From the NCBI GenBank assembly GCA_019058295.1, contig JAHPZI010000007.1:47465-111464 (forward strand): a DNA stretch of 64,000 nt, given 5' to 3'. The notes under the pieces were generated by a model. The model worked only from the letters and a program-made list of their open reading frames with translations. It had not been told where the DNA came from and ran no database searches. This DNA comes from Promethearchaeota archaeon. Lineage in GTDB: Archaea; Asgardarchaeota; Lokiarchaeia; Sigyniarchaeales; SOKP01. This document shows, in pieces, positions 9,723-20,700 of this stretch (its first letter is position 1; each line of letters begins with the position of its first letter). Made by a program: the position numbers and the translations under genes.

Positions 9723-10013
9723 ATGACTGAAAAAGCAAGAATTGGTTACAGAATTGTAGGGACTATAAAGGATGTAAAGGGAGTTTGTAATGCTGGTCAC
9801 AAAAAAGGAGATAAAATAGAGATAAGTGGATATGACAGTGGAGGCTTGTGTGGTTTTTTTTATCACGATATTTTCCCATATATTATCATGCTTCAATTCG
9901 GAGGGGGTTTTCCAGCTAAGTGGGTTGAAGATCCAGATGTAGTTGAGCTTGAATGTATGGATAAATTTAATGCAGTTAAAATAGAATTAAGAAGGATAAA
10001 AAGTGAAGACTGA
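9723..10013 (+). CDS. TIGR04076-like small Cys protein
   Basis: KGVCNAGHKKGD, GLCG, LQFGG, ECMD; SD AGGAGGT upstream. Confidence 0.75.
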   Translation: MTEKARIGYRIVGTIKDVKGVCNAGHKKGDKIEISGYDSGGLCGFFYHDIFPYIIMLQFGGGFPAKWVEDPDVVELECMDKFNAVKIELRRIKSED

Positions 10014-10079
10014 ATTAAATATTAATTCTATATTGGAAAAGTCAATAATCTTTTAATTTCTAATTAATTCTATTTAATT

Positions 10080-10934
10080 ATGAGTAATGCTAGTTTTAAT
10101 CAATTCAAGGGGAATGTTAACACTGAACGAGTTCAATATATCGCAGATCCTCAGCTGAGAAATATTGTAAACGTCTCAATTGCTTTAGAGCGTCCATTAC
10201 TAGTGAAGGGAGAACCAGGTACAGGAAAGACATTATTGTCCCACGCGATCGCCGAGGCACTTGGAAAGCGTTTAATTATTTGGAATATAAAAAGCACAAC
10301 CGAAGCGATTGATGGGTGCTATATGTATGACACAGTACAAAGACTAAACGATAGTCGATTTGGAAGCGACGATCGCAATGTGAATAATATTAAAGATTAT
10401 ATAACCCTTGGACCGCTAGGAGATGCATTTGTTTCTGAGGAACAAGTTGTTCTCCTTATTGACGAAATTGATAAGGCTGATATAGAATTTCCAAATGATT
10501 TATTACAAGAGCTTGATGTAATGGAGTTTTACATTAAGGAAACCAAAGAGTTTATAAAAGCAAAAACGCGTCCTATAGTAATTATTACCTCAAATAACGA
10601 AAAAGAACTCCCGGATGCATTTCTTAGGAGATGTGTATTTCACTGGATAGAATTTCCCTCTAAGGAATTTATGGCTGAAATTTGCAATTTACATTATCCT
10701 AATTTGAAGAAGAATCTACTTGATCAATGTCTTAAACATTTTTATTGGTTAAGGACTATAACTAAAATCAGAAAAATGCCGTCTACTTCTGAACTCTTGG
10801 ATTGGATAGGAGTCTTATTAAAAAGTGGCATTTCGATTGATGAATTAATGAAAGGAATACCTTTTCTCGGAGTCCTTATAAAGAAAGAAAAGGATCTTGA
10901 AGCTGTATTGGCAAAAGCACAATTTCCAACCTAA
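10080..10934 (+). CDS. MoxR family AAA+ ATPase
   Basis: GEPGTGKT, LLIDEIDKAD, ITSNNEKELPDAFLRRC. Confidence 0.93.
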   Translation: MSNASFNQFKGNVNTERVQYIADPQLRNIVNVSIALERPLLVKGEPGTGKTLLSHAIAEALGKRLIIWNIKSTTEAIDGCYMYDTVQRLNDSRFGSDDRNVNNIKDYITLGPLGDAFVSEEQVVLLIDEIDKADIEFPNDLLQELDVMEFYIKETKEFIKAKTRPIVIITSNNEKELPDAFLRRCVFHWIEFPSKEFMAEICNLHYPNLKKNLLDQCLKHFYWLRTITKIRKMPSTSELLDWIGVLLKSGISIDELMKGIPFLGVLIKKEKDLEAVLAKAQFPT

Positions 10935-10949
10935 TTATTTTTTCTTAGG

Positions 10950-12188
10950 ATGTTTGTAGAATATTTTTATTATCTAAAAGAAATACTTCCCTCGGTAAGT
11001 ATTACCGAATATATGACTCTACTGCAAGCCTTAAATAAAGGACTAATCCATAATATGATGGATTTTTATTACATCTCACGGAGTATCTTATGTAAGAACG
11101 AGCATCATTATGATCTTTATGATATTGCTTTTGCTAATTTTTTCAAAGACGCTTCAATTAAACTTACTGATGATATAAATCAAGAAATCTGGAAGTGGTT
11201 GCAGAAAAATACAGAAGTATTAAATTTTCCATTTAGTATCAGAGAATTTCAAAATGTTAATTTAGAAGAATTAGAAAGAAGGTTTGAACAATTATTAAAA
11301 GAACAAAATGAACGACATGATTACGGTAACAAATGGATTGGGACTCAAGGACAATCACAATTCGGAAATTCAGGGCTAAATACAATGGGAATAAAAGTCG
11401 CTGGGGGAGTTGGCTTGCGTAGAGCAGTTATAATTGCTCAAAAAAGAATATTCAAGGATTATAGGAAAGATATTATCATCGGGACCAGGCAAATTAAAGT
11501 AGCTTTAAAGCGTCTTCGTAAATTAGGCGATATTGGCAAACCTAACGAATTAAATTTAGATAAAACTATTGATTTGACGGCTAAGAATGGAGGAGATATT
11601 GATTTATTCTTCGAAAAAAGGAAGAAAAATAATGTAAAACTAATACTTCTGATGGATGTTGGAGGTACTATGGATCCTTATATTCATCAAGTTAATTTAT
11701 TATTCTCTGCAGCGAATCATATGTCGCATTGGAAAGATTTTAAGTATTACTATTTCCACAATTGTATTTACGATAAATTATATAAAAATGCCGCAAGAAC
11801 TCCACAGAGGGCAATTGATTTCGACGATTTTTTAAGAAAATATAAAAACTCATATCGAATAATTATTGTAGGAGACCAATGTATGCATCGCAGTGAATTA
11901 AAAAATCCTCGAGGTGCCATATATGACGGAGCCACAAATAAAAAGCCTGGAATTTATTACATAGAAGAAATTGCACAACACTTTAAAAATAATGTTGTAT
12001 GGTTAAATCCTGAACCCAATACTGTTGAATGGATGTCATGGACGCGATTAGTTATCTCAAAAATTATTCCAACGTACCCATTTACAATTGAAGGCGTTGA
12101 AAAAGCCATGGATTATTTAAGAACCAATGGTAAAAACTCATATACTACAGTACAACAGCTTAAAGGAGTCCCATTAGCTTTTTATTAA
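10950..12188 (+). CDS. vWA-domain (CoxE-like) MoxR partner, copy 1
   Basis: GNKWIGTQG, LLMDVGGTM, YYFHNC, IVGD, VWLNP. Confidence 0.85.
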   Translation: MFVEYFYYLKEILPSVSITEYMTLLQALNKGLIHNMMDFYYISRSILCKNEHHYDLYDIAFANFFKDASIKLTDDINQEIWKWLQKNTEVLNFPFSIREFQNVNLEELERRFEQLLKEQNERHDYGNKWIGTQGQSQFGNSGLNTMGIKVAGGVGLRRAVIIAQKRIFKDYRKDIIIGTRQIKVALKRLRKLGDIGKPNELNLDKTIDLTAKNGGDIDLFFEKRKKNNVKLILLMDVGGTMDPYIHQVNLLFSAANHMSHWKDFKYYYFHNCIYDKLYKNAARTPQRAIDFDDFLRKYKNSYRIIIVGDQCMHRSELKNPRGAIYDGATNKKPGIYYIEEIAQHFKNNVVWLNPEPNTVEWMSWTRLVISKIIPTYPFTIEGVEKAMDYLRTNGKNSYTTVQQLKGVPLAFY

Positions 12189-12232
12189 AAAACAATCAAA
12201 AATTAATATGTTATTAGAGAATTTCTAATATT

Positions 12233-12709
12233 TTATGATCTAAGAGTTGCTATCATAATTTTTTCATCTAATAGAAAATCTAATGCATTTAAAGGATCTG
12301 GGAGAACTACATCACTATTCATAATGCTTTTGATAGATGCCCCTTCATTACCTAATATCACTATTCCCACAATTGCGTTTTTAAGCATTAAAGCATCATT
12401 ATTTCCATTACCTATTGCTACTGTGATGTCTTTTCCTAATCGTATTAATTCGTTGTTTTTAGCTTTTGCCTCTGTAATTCCCCTTGGATTGATTTTAATA
12501 TACTTTACATCTAACATTTCAGCAATATTTTTCAAATTTCCTCTAGTATCCGCTGATAATAAATAAATTTTGTATATTTTTTTCAATTCCTTAAACTTAC
12601 GAATTAAAATTTGTGAAATCTTCCCTTGAAATTGTAATGTTCCATTTACATCAAATATTATATTCTCAATTGTAATTATACCATAGTTAGGAATTTCTAT
12701 TTTTCTCAT
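12233..12709 (-). CDS. HAD-family hydrolase (soluble P-type ATPase-like)
   Basis: FDVNGTL, LSADT, AIGNGNNDALML, EGAS. Confidence 0.85.
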   Translation of the reverse strand: MRKIEIPNYGIITIENIIFDVNGTLQFQGKISQILIRKFKELKKIYKIYLLSADTRGNLKNIAEMLDVKYIKINPRGITEAKAKNNELIRLGKDITVAIGNGNNDALMLKNAIVGIVILGNEGASIKSIMNSDVVLPDPLNALDFLLDEKIMIATLRS

Positions 12710-12797
12710 CTTTAAATCACTTTTTTTTTTTAAAAACCAAAAATCTAAATTTTGAAATTTTTTATTTTAAGATAGAATAAATGTTTTTTTTATTTCT

Positions 12798-14216
12798 ATG
12801 TTTGTTGAGTATTTTTATTATCTAAAGGAAAGATTACCCGTTAGTATTACGGAATATATGACTTTATTACAAGCCTTAGAAAAAGGTTTAATCCGTAACA
12901 TGGTAGAATTCTATTACGTTTCGAGATCTATATTATGTAAAAACGAGCACCATTTCGATATCTATGACATTGCCTTTGCAAATTTTTTCAAGGAAGCGTT
13001 AATTAAATTTCCGGAAGAATTAAAAAAAGAGATCTGGGATTGGCTTAATAAAGAAATAACCTTTCAGGAGTTAATAGAAGGTTTACAAATTTTATTAAGT
13101 GAATATGGACAATTTATGAATGTCGAGGATTTTCAGCAGTTAATTGAAGAGTTATTAAAAAAGGCAGAATCGGGGGAGTTAAAATTAATTAACGCTCCTA
13201 GTGAGATAAAGGATGAGATCTGGGAATGGCTACAAAGAAATTTTGATTTATCAAAAATAAATTCTGTAACTCAAGAATTTTTAAGCAAATTCTCTAATAT
13301 CGAAGAATTGCAAAAATATTTTGAAGAATTGATGGCAAAACAAGATGCGGAACATAATTTCGGAAATCAATGGATCGGAACCCAAGGTACCTCACAATTT
13401 GGAAACGCAGGGCAAAATCCAATGGGAATGCTGGTTGGCGGTGGTGCGGGAATGCGTACGGCTGTTCAAATCGCACAAAAAAGAATTTTTCAAGATTATA
13501 GAAAAGATGTAGTCTTGGACACTAGACAAATTAAAGTAGCGTTAAAACGGCTTCGAAAATTGGAAGAAATTGGTAAACAAGATGAATTAAATATTGACAA
13601 AACAATTGATAAAACTGCTAAAAATGGTGGCGATATTGAAATAATATTTGAAAAAAGAAGAAAAAATAATGTAAAACTCCTTCTTTTAATGGATGTTGGA
13701 GGTTCCATGACTCCTTACGCTCACCTGGTTAATCTCTTGTTTTCTGCCGCAAACAATATGTCTCATTGGAAGGATTTTAAATATTATTACTTCCATAATT
13801 GCATCTATGAGAGTTTGTATTTTAACGCGCAACGCAATCCTGATGAAGCAATTTTATTTGACGACTTCTTAAGAAAATACGATAGTAGCTATCGAGTAGT
13901 CGCCGTAGGTGATGCTGCAATGGCATCATGGGAGCTTACCGAACGCTATGGTTCGATATATTATTATCACAGAAATGAGATGCCTGGAATTTATTATATC
14001 AGAGAGTTAGCCAATCATTTCAAAAATCATATTGTATGGCTGAATCCCGAAATCATCAAATTTAATTGGCAACCTTGGACGCGTAAAATCATTTCTAGTA
14101 TTATTCCTATGTTTGATTTAACTGTAGAAGGCATTGAGGAAGCGATGAATTATCTAAGAGAAAGCGGAAGACACATATACACAACCGTCCATCTCCTTAA
14201 AGGTTTTGCTTTTTAA
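12798..14216 (+). CDS. vWA-domain (CoxE-like) MoxR partner, copy 2, with an internal ~62-aa duplication
   Basis: Close paralog of 10950..12188 (MFVEYFYYLKE, DVGGSM); EIWxWL occurs twice, 186 nt apart. Confidence 0.85.
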   Translation: MFVEYFYYLKERLPVSITEYMTLLQALEKGLIRNMVEFYYVSRSILCKNEHHFDIYDIAFANFFKEALIKFPEELKKEIWDWLNKEITFQELIEGLQILLSEYGQFMNVEDFQQLIEELLKKAESGELKLINAPSEIKDEIWEWLQRNFDLSKINSVTQEFLSKFSNIEELQKYFEELMAKQDAEHNFGNQWIGTQGTSQFGNAGQNPMGMLVGGGAGMRTAVQIAQKRIFQDYRKDVVLDTRQIKVALKRLRKLEEIGKQDELNIDKTIDKTAKNGGDIEIIFEKRRKNNVKLLLLMDVGGSMTPYAHLVNLLFSAANNMSHWKDFKYYYFHNCIYESLYFNAQRNPDEAILFDDFLRKYDSSYRVVAVGDAAMASWELTERYGSIYYYHRNEMPGIYYIRELANHFKNHIVWLNPEIIKFNWQPWTRKIISSIIPMFDLTVEGIEEAMNYLRESGRHIYTTVHLLKGFAF

Positions 14217-14223
14217 GCAACAT

Positions 14224-14601
14224 TTATGTATTTAAGAAAAATCCTAAGCCAAATGCTAAAAGTAGATTTGCTATAAATGCCCGTTTCTTCTTTTTTTCTC
14301 CGAATTCTTTGAAATATTTTTTTCCCAACTTAACTTGCGCATCATTCAAATCTTCATAGATATATCCTTCCCTAATTAGAAAATAATAAATCTCTTCGCT
14401 TTTCTCTATTACAGCATATTCTGTAAAATTTTCTATAAGAGTCGATCTCATTCGAATTATGTACTTCAGCTCGTCTTTTATCGCTGAAGGACGAAATATC
14501 ATTTCTCCTTGATATAATTCCATCCTTTCCAGCAATGCGATAATATCTTCCATAAAGACATAGTACCGATTCAAATCAACTTTATCTTTTGCAACGGGCA
14601 T
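14224..14601 (-). CDS. Hypothetical protein with basic stretch and C-terminal hydrophobic tail (tail-anchor-like)
   Basis: Fills the intergenic space; ends KKKKRAFIANLLLAFGLGFFLNT. Confidence 0.6.
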   Translation of the reverse strand: MPVAKDKVDLNRYYVFMEDIIALLERMELYQGEMIFRPSAIKDELKYIIRMRSTLIENFTEYAVIEKSEEIYYFLIREGYIYEDLNDAQVKLGKKYFKEFGEKKKKRAFIANLLLAFGLGFFLNT

Positions 14602-14682
14602 CTTAATTTTAATATAATATTAAGAAAATATAAACTTAAGGTGTAAAGTTTATATATTGGTTTAAACTTTTTTATATTAATT

Positions 14683-15591
14683 ATGAATGGTCTAAAGAAG
14701 CATTACACGAGAAAATTACAAAATATTAGTAGGTCATATTTAGTAAGTTTGCCAAGCGAATTTTTAAAGAAACATGGATTAAAAGATAAAAAAAATGCAT
14801 CAGTAATTATAAAAATCAATGAAGATTGGTCCTTGACTATAATTCCTGAGAAATTAGCAGAACAAATTTCAGATGAGATAATAATTGAAGTATATAGAGA
14901 AGTCGCTCGTGAGGTTGTTGAGAAAGTACTGTCGGGTACAGAAAAAATTACTATTCTTTCTGATAAGAAAATTGATGAAGATATAAGAAAAGAAATACGA
15001 TTTTTTGTTGATGGATTGCCTCAAGCTGAAATACTTGAAGATGAGGCTCAGAGAATTGTTGTATACAATATTGGTTTTAAGAATATTCCAAATAGAAAGA
15101 TTTTACATCGATTATTATCAATCGTCTCTGATATATTTGAAAATATTAAAAAAGAAAAAACATTAGAGTTAGAGCTGAATTTTAAAGATCTAAAAAAATT
15201 CTATATAATTTTAAATGGAAATATTCGGACATATCATAATTCCGGATTTCTTGAGTATGGCGATGAAGAATTAACGCAAAAAAAAGCTTCAGACTATCGT
15301 ATTTTCTCATACCAACTTAAAATAATAGGATATATTTTAAGGGATATCGAAATTGACGATTCTATTTTAGAGTTGTTCACTAAAATTGAAACTTATTTCA
15401 ATGCGATTTTTGATGCCTTTTTGAAAAAGAACGAACGATTAGCACACGAATTATGGTTTCAAAATCAACCTCTTGAACGAGAAGGTAGAAAACTTATGGA
15501 TGGTGTGTCAAGTGAGTTTAAATATAAGATAAACCTTCTATTAATGATTGTTAAGATTTGTAGAAGTATGACGGCTCTATTGTATTCATGA
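14683..15591 (+). CDS. AbrB-PhoU-like regulator
   Basis: N-terminal RKLQ...SYLVSLP swapped-hairpin motif followed by helical PhoU-like region. Confidence 0.75.
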   Translation: MNGLKKHYTRKLQNISRSYLVSLPSEFLKKHGLKDKKNASVIIKINEDWSLTIIPEKLAEQISDEIIIEVYREVAREVVEKVLSGTEKITILSDKKIDEDIRKEIRFFVDGLPQAEILEDEAQRIVVYNIGFKNIPNRKILHRLLSIVSDIFENIKKEKTLELELNFKDLKKFYIILNGNIRTYHNSGFLEYGDEELTQKKASDYRIFSYQLKIIGYILRDIEIDDSILELFTKIETYFNAIFDAFLKKNERLAHELWFQNQPLEREGRKLMDGVSSEFKYKINLLLMIVKICRSMTALLYS

Positions 15592-15647
15592 AAATATATT
15601 TTATTGACATTTTATAAAATATAGGCTTTTCAATTAAATTATTACAG

Positions 15648-16190
15648 CTATATTTCCTCGTGAGTTAATAATTTCCTAATTATTGTTTTGAAGGCTTCTC
15701 CTACATTTTCTCCAGTTTTCGCTGATGTTTTATAAAATCCGAGAAATCCACGCTTATCAACTATTTTTTGAACTTCTGCATCTTTTGAGTTTTTATCAGC
15801 TACTAAATCGAGTTTATTTCCTAATATTACAATAGGGATATCACCACAAAACTTTTTTATATCACCGTGCCAAGCAGGTATTCGTTTTAAACTTTCCTTA
15901 CCGTGATCAGAATCTTCTAAAGAAAAAACTATAATTCCACAGCTCGTACCCTTGTAAAAAACAGGTCGAAGAAAAAAATGGTCATCTTGTCCAGCTATAT
16001 CCCATAAGGATAAATGACACTTTAGATTATCGACCTCGTCGGAATAAGATGAAAATTGAGCACCGATGGTTTTAGTATATTGCGTTTGAAACGAGGCTTG
16101 TGTGTATCTCCGAATTAAAGATGATTTTCCTACTTGCCCATCTCCAATAACTGTTACCTTAAAAACAAAGTCAGCCTCACTGTCACTCAT
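15648..16190 (-). CDS. Rab/Ras-like small GTPase
   Basis: GDGQVGKSS, YTKTIG, WDIAGQ, GNKLD, KTSAKTG; no C-terminal prenylation Cys. Confidence 0.95.
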   Translation of the reverse strand: MSDSEADFVFKVTVIGDGQVGKSSLIRRYTQASFQTQYTKTIGAQFSSYSDEVDNLKCHLSLWDIAGQDDHFFLRPVFYKGTSCGIIVFSLEDSDHGKESLKRIPAWHGDIKKFCGDIPIVILGNKLDLVADKNSKDAEVQKIVDKRGFLGFYKTSAKTGENVGEAFKTIIRKLLTHEEI

Positions 16191-16354
16191 AATAAAATCT
16201 TGTTTTTATTATTCTATGACATATAATATTCATTAAATTTTAACATCTATTATTAAGAAATAACTTCATTATAAAGTAGAGATAAAAATATTAAAATGAA
16301 GTTAATAATATTTGCATTTAAACAGTGTGAATAATAATAATTACGTGCTGATTT

Positions 16355-17137
16355 TTGACAGAACTGGATAGAAATTTAGAATGTATATTTGTAATGGTAG
16401 GGGCAATTTTTGTTGCATCTATTGTCATTATTGCAGCAATTTTATCGTATTTTGAGATGGGATATAATCCGATTGAATATACTATTAGCGAACTAGCACT
16501 TTATAGATATAGAACATTATTTAGTATTGGTTTAGTTTCAGCAGGGTGTTTACTTATTCCTTTTTTTATAAAACTAGAAAGAGAATTAGTTAATATAAAA
16601 GAAAATTTAAGAAAAAGCGCCACAGCAGTCGCTATTTTTGCTTCAATTTGTACTTCCATGGTTGGCGTAATTCCTGATATAGAATATCGTAAAGTATTTG
16701 ATCTTTTTCACATATTTGTTGCAGTGATTGCATTTGGCGGTTCTGCTACTTATATCTTCCTCTACAGTATCTTAATGTATAAAGGACATAGTTCTCCCAT
16801 GTATAAAGGACCTCAATTCAAACGACACGTATCATATTATGGTATTTTCATCTTTGGGAATTTTATTATACTACTCCTTATTTTTATACCCCCAATAGAA
16901 TGGATGTTATTTATTAATATTTTAACTTGGAACTTTATAACTGCCTATTACATAATTAAATATAAATTTTCTGGCATTCCAGGTATTTATTATAAAGAAG
17001 AACAATATCCAGAAATGCTGGAAAAATTTGAAGAATCCTTGATGATATTAAAACAGTTAAATTTAGAGGATGATCCTATGGCAGAGGTTCTTAAAGAAAA
17101 TATAAAATTTATAAAAAGTGCTCAAGATAAAAACTAA
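16355..17137 (+). CDS. DUF998-like membrane protein with C-terminal TPR-like helices
   Basis: YNPIEYTISEL, several hydrophobic segments, VGVIP, H after TM3, EW; soluble helical tail. Confidence 0.65.
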   Translation: MTELDRNLECIFVMVGAIFVASIVIIAAILSYFEMGYNPIEYTISELALYRYRTLFSIGLVSAGCLLIPFFIKLERELVNIKENLRKSATAVAIFASICTSMVGVIPDIEYRKVFDLFHIFVAVIAFGGSATYIFLYSILMYKGHSSPMYKGPQFKRHVSYYGIFIFGNFIILLLIFIPPIEWMLFINILTWNFITAYYIIKYKFSGIPGIYYKEEQYPEMLEKFEESLMILKQLNLEDDPMAEVLKENIKFIKSAQDKN

Positions 17138-17186
17138 TTTATGAAAGGGAATATTCTTTAATTTTATATAATAAGGTGGAAAAAAA

Positions 17187-17624
17187 ATGCTAAATTTGGT
17201 AGGAACAGGTGGAACCTTCGATCGTCTTCATGATGGGCACAGGCTTTTAATTGAAACAGCTCTAAAAATTTCCAATAAAGTAGTTATAGGATTGACAACT
17301 CAGAAGATGCTCAAACGAAAGAAATTTGCCGATATTATTGAAGATTTTGAAACAAGAAAAAAGCATCTTGAAAATTTCATCAGTAGCATTGGCGGGTCAG
17401 ACCGAGTTGAAATTATTGAACTCACTAATCCATACGGTCCTCCAATCAAAGAACCAGAATACGAGGGTATAGTTGCAAGTCAAGAAACCTTCTTGAATTC
17501 AGTTCGATTAAATGAATTAAGAGTTGCCAATGGATTTGATCCCTTAGTTATTATTCTGATCCCAATGGTAATGGGTTCAAACGACCAACGACTTAGCTCG
17601 ACGGCTATAAGAGCTAACCTTTAA
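17187..17624 (+). CDS. coaD: Archaeal phosphopantetheine adenylyltransferase
   Basis: GGTFDRLHDGH, PYGP, VASQET, RLSSTAIR. Confidence 0.9.
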   Translation: MLNLVGTGGTFDRLHDGHRLLIETALKISNKVVIGLTTQKMLKRKKFADIIEDFETRKKHLENFISSIGGSDRVEIIELTNPYGPPIKEPEYEGIVASQETFLNSVRLNELRVANGFDPLVIILIPMVMGSNDQRLSSTAIRANL

Positions 17625-17786
17625 AAATCCTCTACTTTTTAATACTATTGAAGGTTGTTGTCAATATTTTTTTATCTGAATTTAAATCTTAAACTTTTTA
17701 GTAAAGAATGTTCAAATTTTAAACATCTTTAAATAAACACCTAACATATTATACTATATTAATTTAAATTAAATTCAATAGATATT

Positions 17787-20700
17787 TTGAGAAATAAAAA
17801 TTTTTATCTAATAGCTACAACAGTTTTTTTTCTTGCATTATTCGTGCTCTCCATAAATCACAAAAAAGAAACCGAAGAGAGCGACCCAAGTTTAAATGAG
17901 AATATTGAAATAGAAACGCCAAATGAGATTACTGATCCAGATGATATTACTATAGAAACACCTAGACCAAAAACCTCGGGGGCTTATAATTTAGATTTCA
18001 TACACATTGATGGCAATTGGTCAGCAGCAGAAGCTGAGCTATGGTGTTATAAACAAAATGGAGTATATATTATCGAAAATGTTACAATTGATGCAACAAA
18101 CTCGCCCATTAATAGCGGGATTTTGATTAATAATTCCAATGATGTAAGTTTTATTGTTAGAAATTGCACAATTTATAATGTAGCAGGACCAGAGTCTCCT
18201 CGCGCAGGAGGTATAAAGCTTGTAAATTGCTCAAAGGGAACCCTCTTCAATAACACTTGTAGAGATGGCGTTGTCAGTGGAAGATCAAGCGGAATTTTAG
18301 TGTGGGATTACTGTCATAATATTACTGTTGAAGATAACTATATAGATTATCATCATTATCATGGAATTCAATTATGCGGTGAAACCGAAGGAATAGCCCC
18401 TTATAACGTCACAGTAAAAAATAATAAAGTCTATGATTCTCAATATTATGGCGTCTACTTAGTAAGGGCTGATAATAATACCATCAGAGACAACTTTGTT
18501 AGTGATAGTGATAGAAGAAATATACGTTTAGTATCAAATTGCGATTATAACAGAATTATTAATAACACTGTGACTGATACTGGAGCCCCCCCGGGTTATT
18601 CAACCCACCATGGAATAGTATTATCGAGTGAATGTGATAATAACATCATAAGAGAGAATAAAGTTACCCAAATTTACGATCATGGTATCTACTTAATTAA
18701 TAATTGCCATAATAATACCATCAAGGACAATACAGTAAAAGATAATGGAGATGACGCAATACGTTTAGAAGATAATTGTGACGATAATAAGATTATTAAT
18801 AATACCGCATCTGACACAGCAGCAGCCCATGGTCAAGATAATGGGATATGGATAGAAAATGGATGCGAGAGAAACATGATCATCAATAACACTTGCAACG
18901 ATAATGGTCAGGAGGGAATATACATTTATGATGATTGTGATGACAATATAATCTCTTACAATATCGTAAAAGATAATACCTATCGTGGATTTTATTTATA
19001 CTCTGGATGCGACAACAATACTATTTTCAACAATACAGTAATTAACAATGGATATAATGGAATACTATTAATTACTAATTGCCATGATAACAATGTCTCT
19101 AAAAATTATGCTTGTGGTAATGGGCATGATGGAATATTACTACAAGTAAATTGTGATTACAATACAATATTTAATAACACCTGTAATAATAACATTCGAA
19201 ATGGAATCTATATATATGACGGTTCTGATTACAACAATATAACTTATAATACAGCAAATGGTAATGGAGATTCGGATCAGGATAGTGGGATATATCTGTA
19301 TAATAGTGATTATAATGTAATCCATAATAACACTGCCAACGGAAATTATTATTCAGGGATATATTTATACTCTGATTGTAATGATAACAATATTACTAAT
19401 AATGTTTGCAGTGAAAATGATCAATATGGGATTAAGCTATACACGGATTGCCATAATAACACCCTTGACAATAACACCGCAAACGACAACTTTCAATACG
19501 GGATACAGTTACATACAAATTGCACTGATAATGACATTATTAATAACTTAGCATTAAACACAATAGAGGGGTATGATCAAAATGTTGGAATACGCATTGC
19601 ATGGTATTGTGATTACAATACCTACGCAAATAACACTGCCAATGGTAATACCGACTCTGGAATAAGTATAGCTTATTATTGTACTGACAGCATCATAGTA
19701 AACAACACTTGTAAGAATAACGGTAATGGGATTGAATTTTATAGTAATTGCGAAAACCATATAATTGAAAATAATACTGTCAACGAAAATTACCAATATG
19801 GGATATTATTAGAGATTAACTGCAATAATAACAATATCACAGGAAATATTGGGATTGGTAATGATATCTCAGGAATAAGGTTATATACTAATTGTGATTT
19901 TAATCTGATTTTAAATAACACTTTTAGTTATTCTGTATCAGAGCATGGAATTGATTTAGAGACTGGTTGTGTTTTTAACACAATAATTAATAACACACTT
20001 ATGCATAACAATTTGAGAGGTATCCGATTATATGATGATTGCGACAACAACACGATTTCGGGAAACACCGCATACTATAATGGTAAGGGAATAGAATTGG
20101 ATAATTATTGTGATAATAACACGATTTTGGGGAATTCCTTAAAATATAATTCTCATGGAATACATGTGGCAAATTATTGTGAGGATAACTTCATTATCGG
20201 AAATAATTGTAGTAAGAATACAGGACGGGGTATTGCAATAGGACAAAGAGAAAGCCATTATACTATAATAGATAATAATTATATATGTAATAATGGATAT
20301 CGTGGAATTGAAATCTATTTTTGGTGTGGTAGCACCATTATTACTAACAATATTATAAATAATAATATAGATAATGGACTCAGAATAGTTTCTGCTAGTA
20401 GTGGCACTATAGTTCATAATAACACTATTAATGGTAATACTAATATAGGAATATATATTTCTGATAACACTGATAACTGTAGGATATCACATAATATTGT
20501 CAATGATAATAACAACTATGCGGTATATATAGCAGGGACTAGTAGTGAAAACACTATTCTTATAGGAAACACGTTCAATAACAATAATCTCTTCTATAAT
20601 CTGGGCACAAACACTCTAGATGCGATGAACTGCTTTGACGGCGTGTGTACACCTCTGATAATTGATGCGGATAGCAGCACCGCTGACTCATTTACATGGG

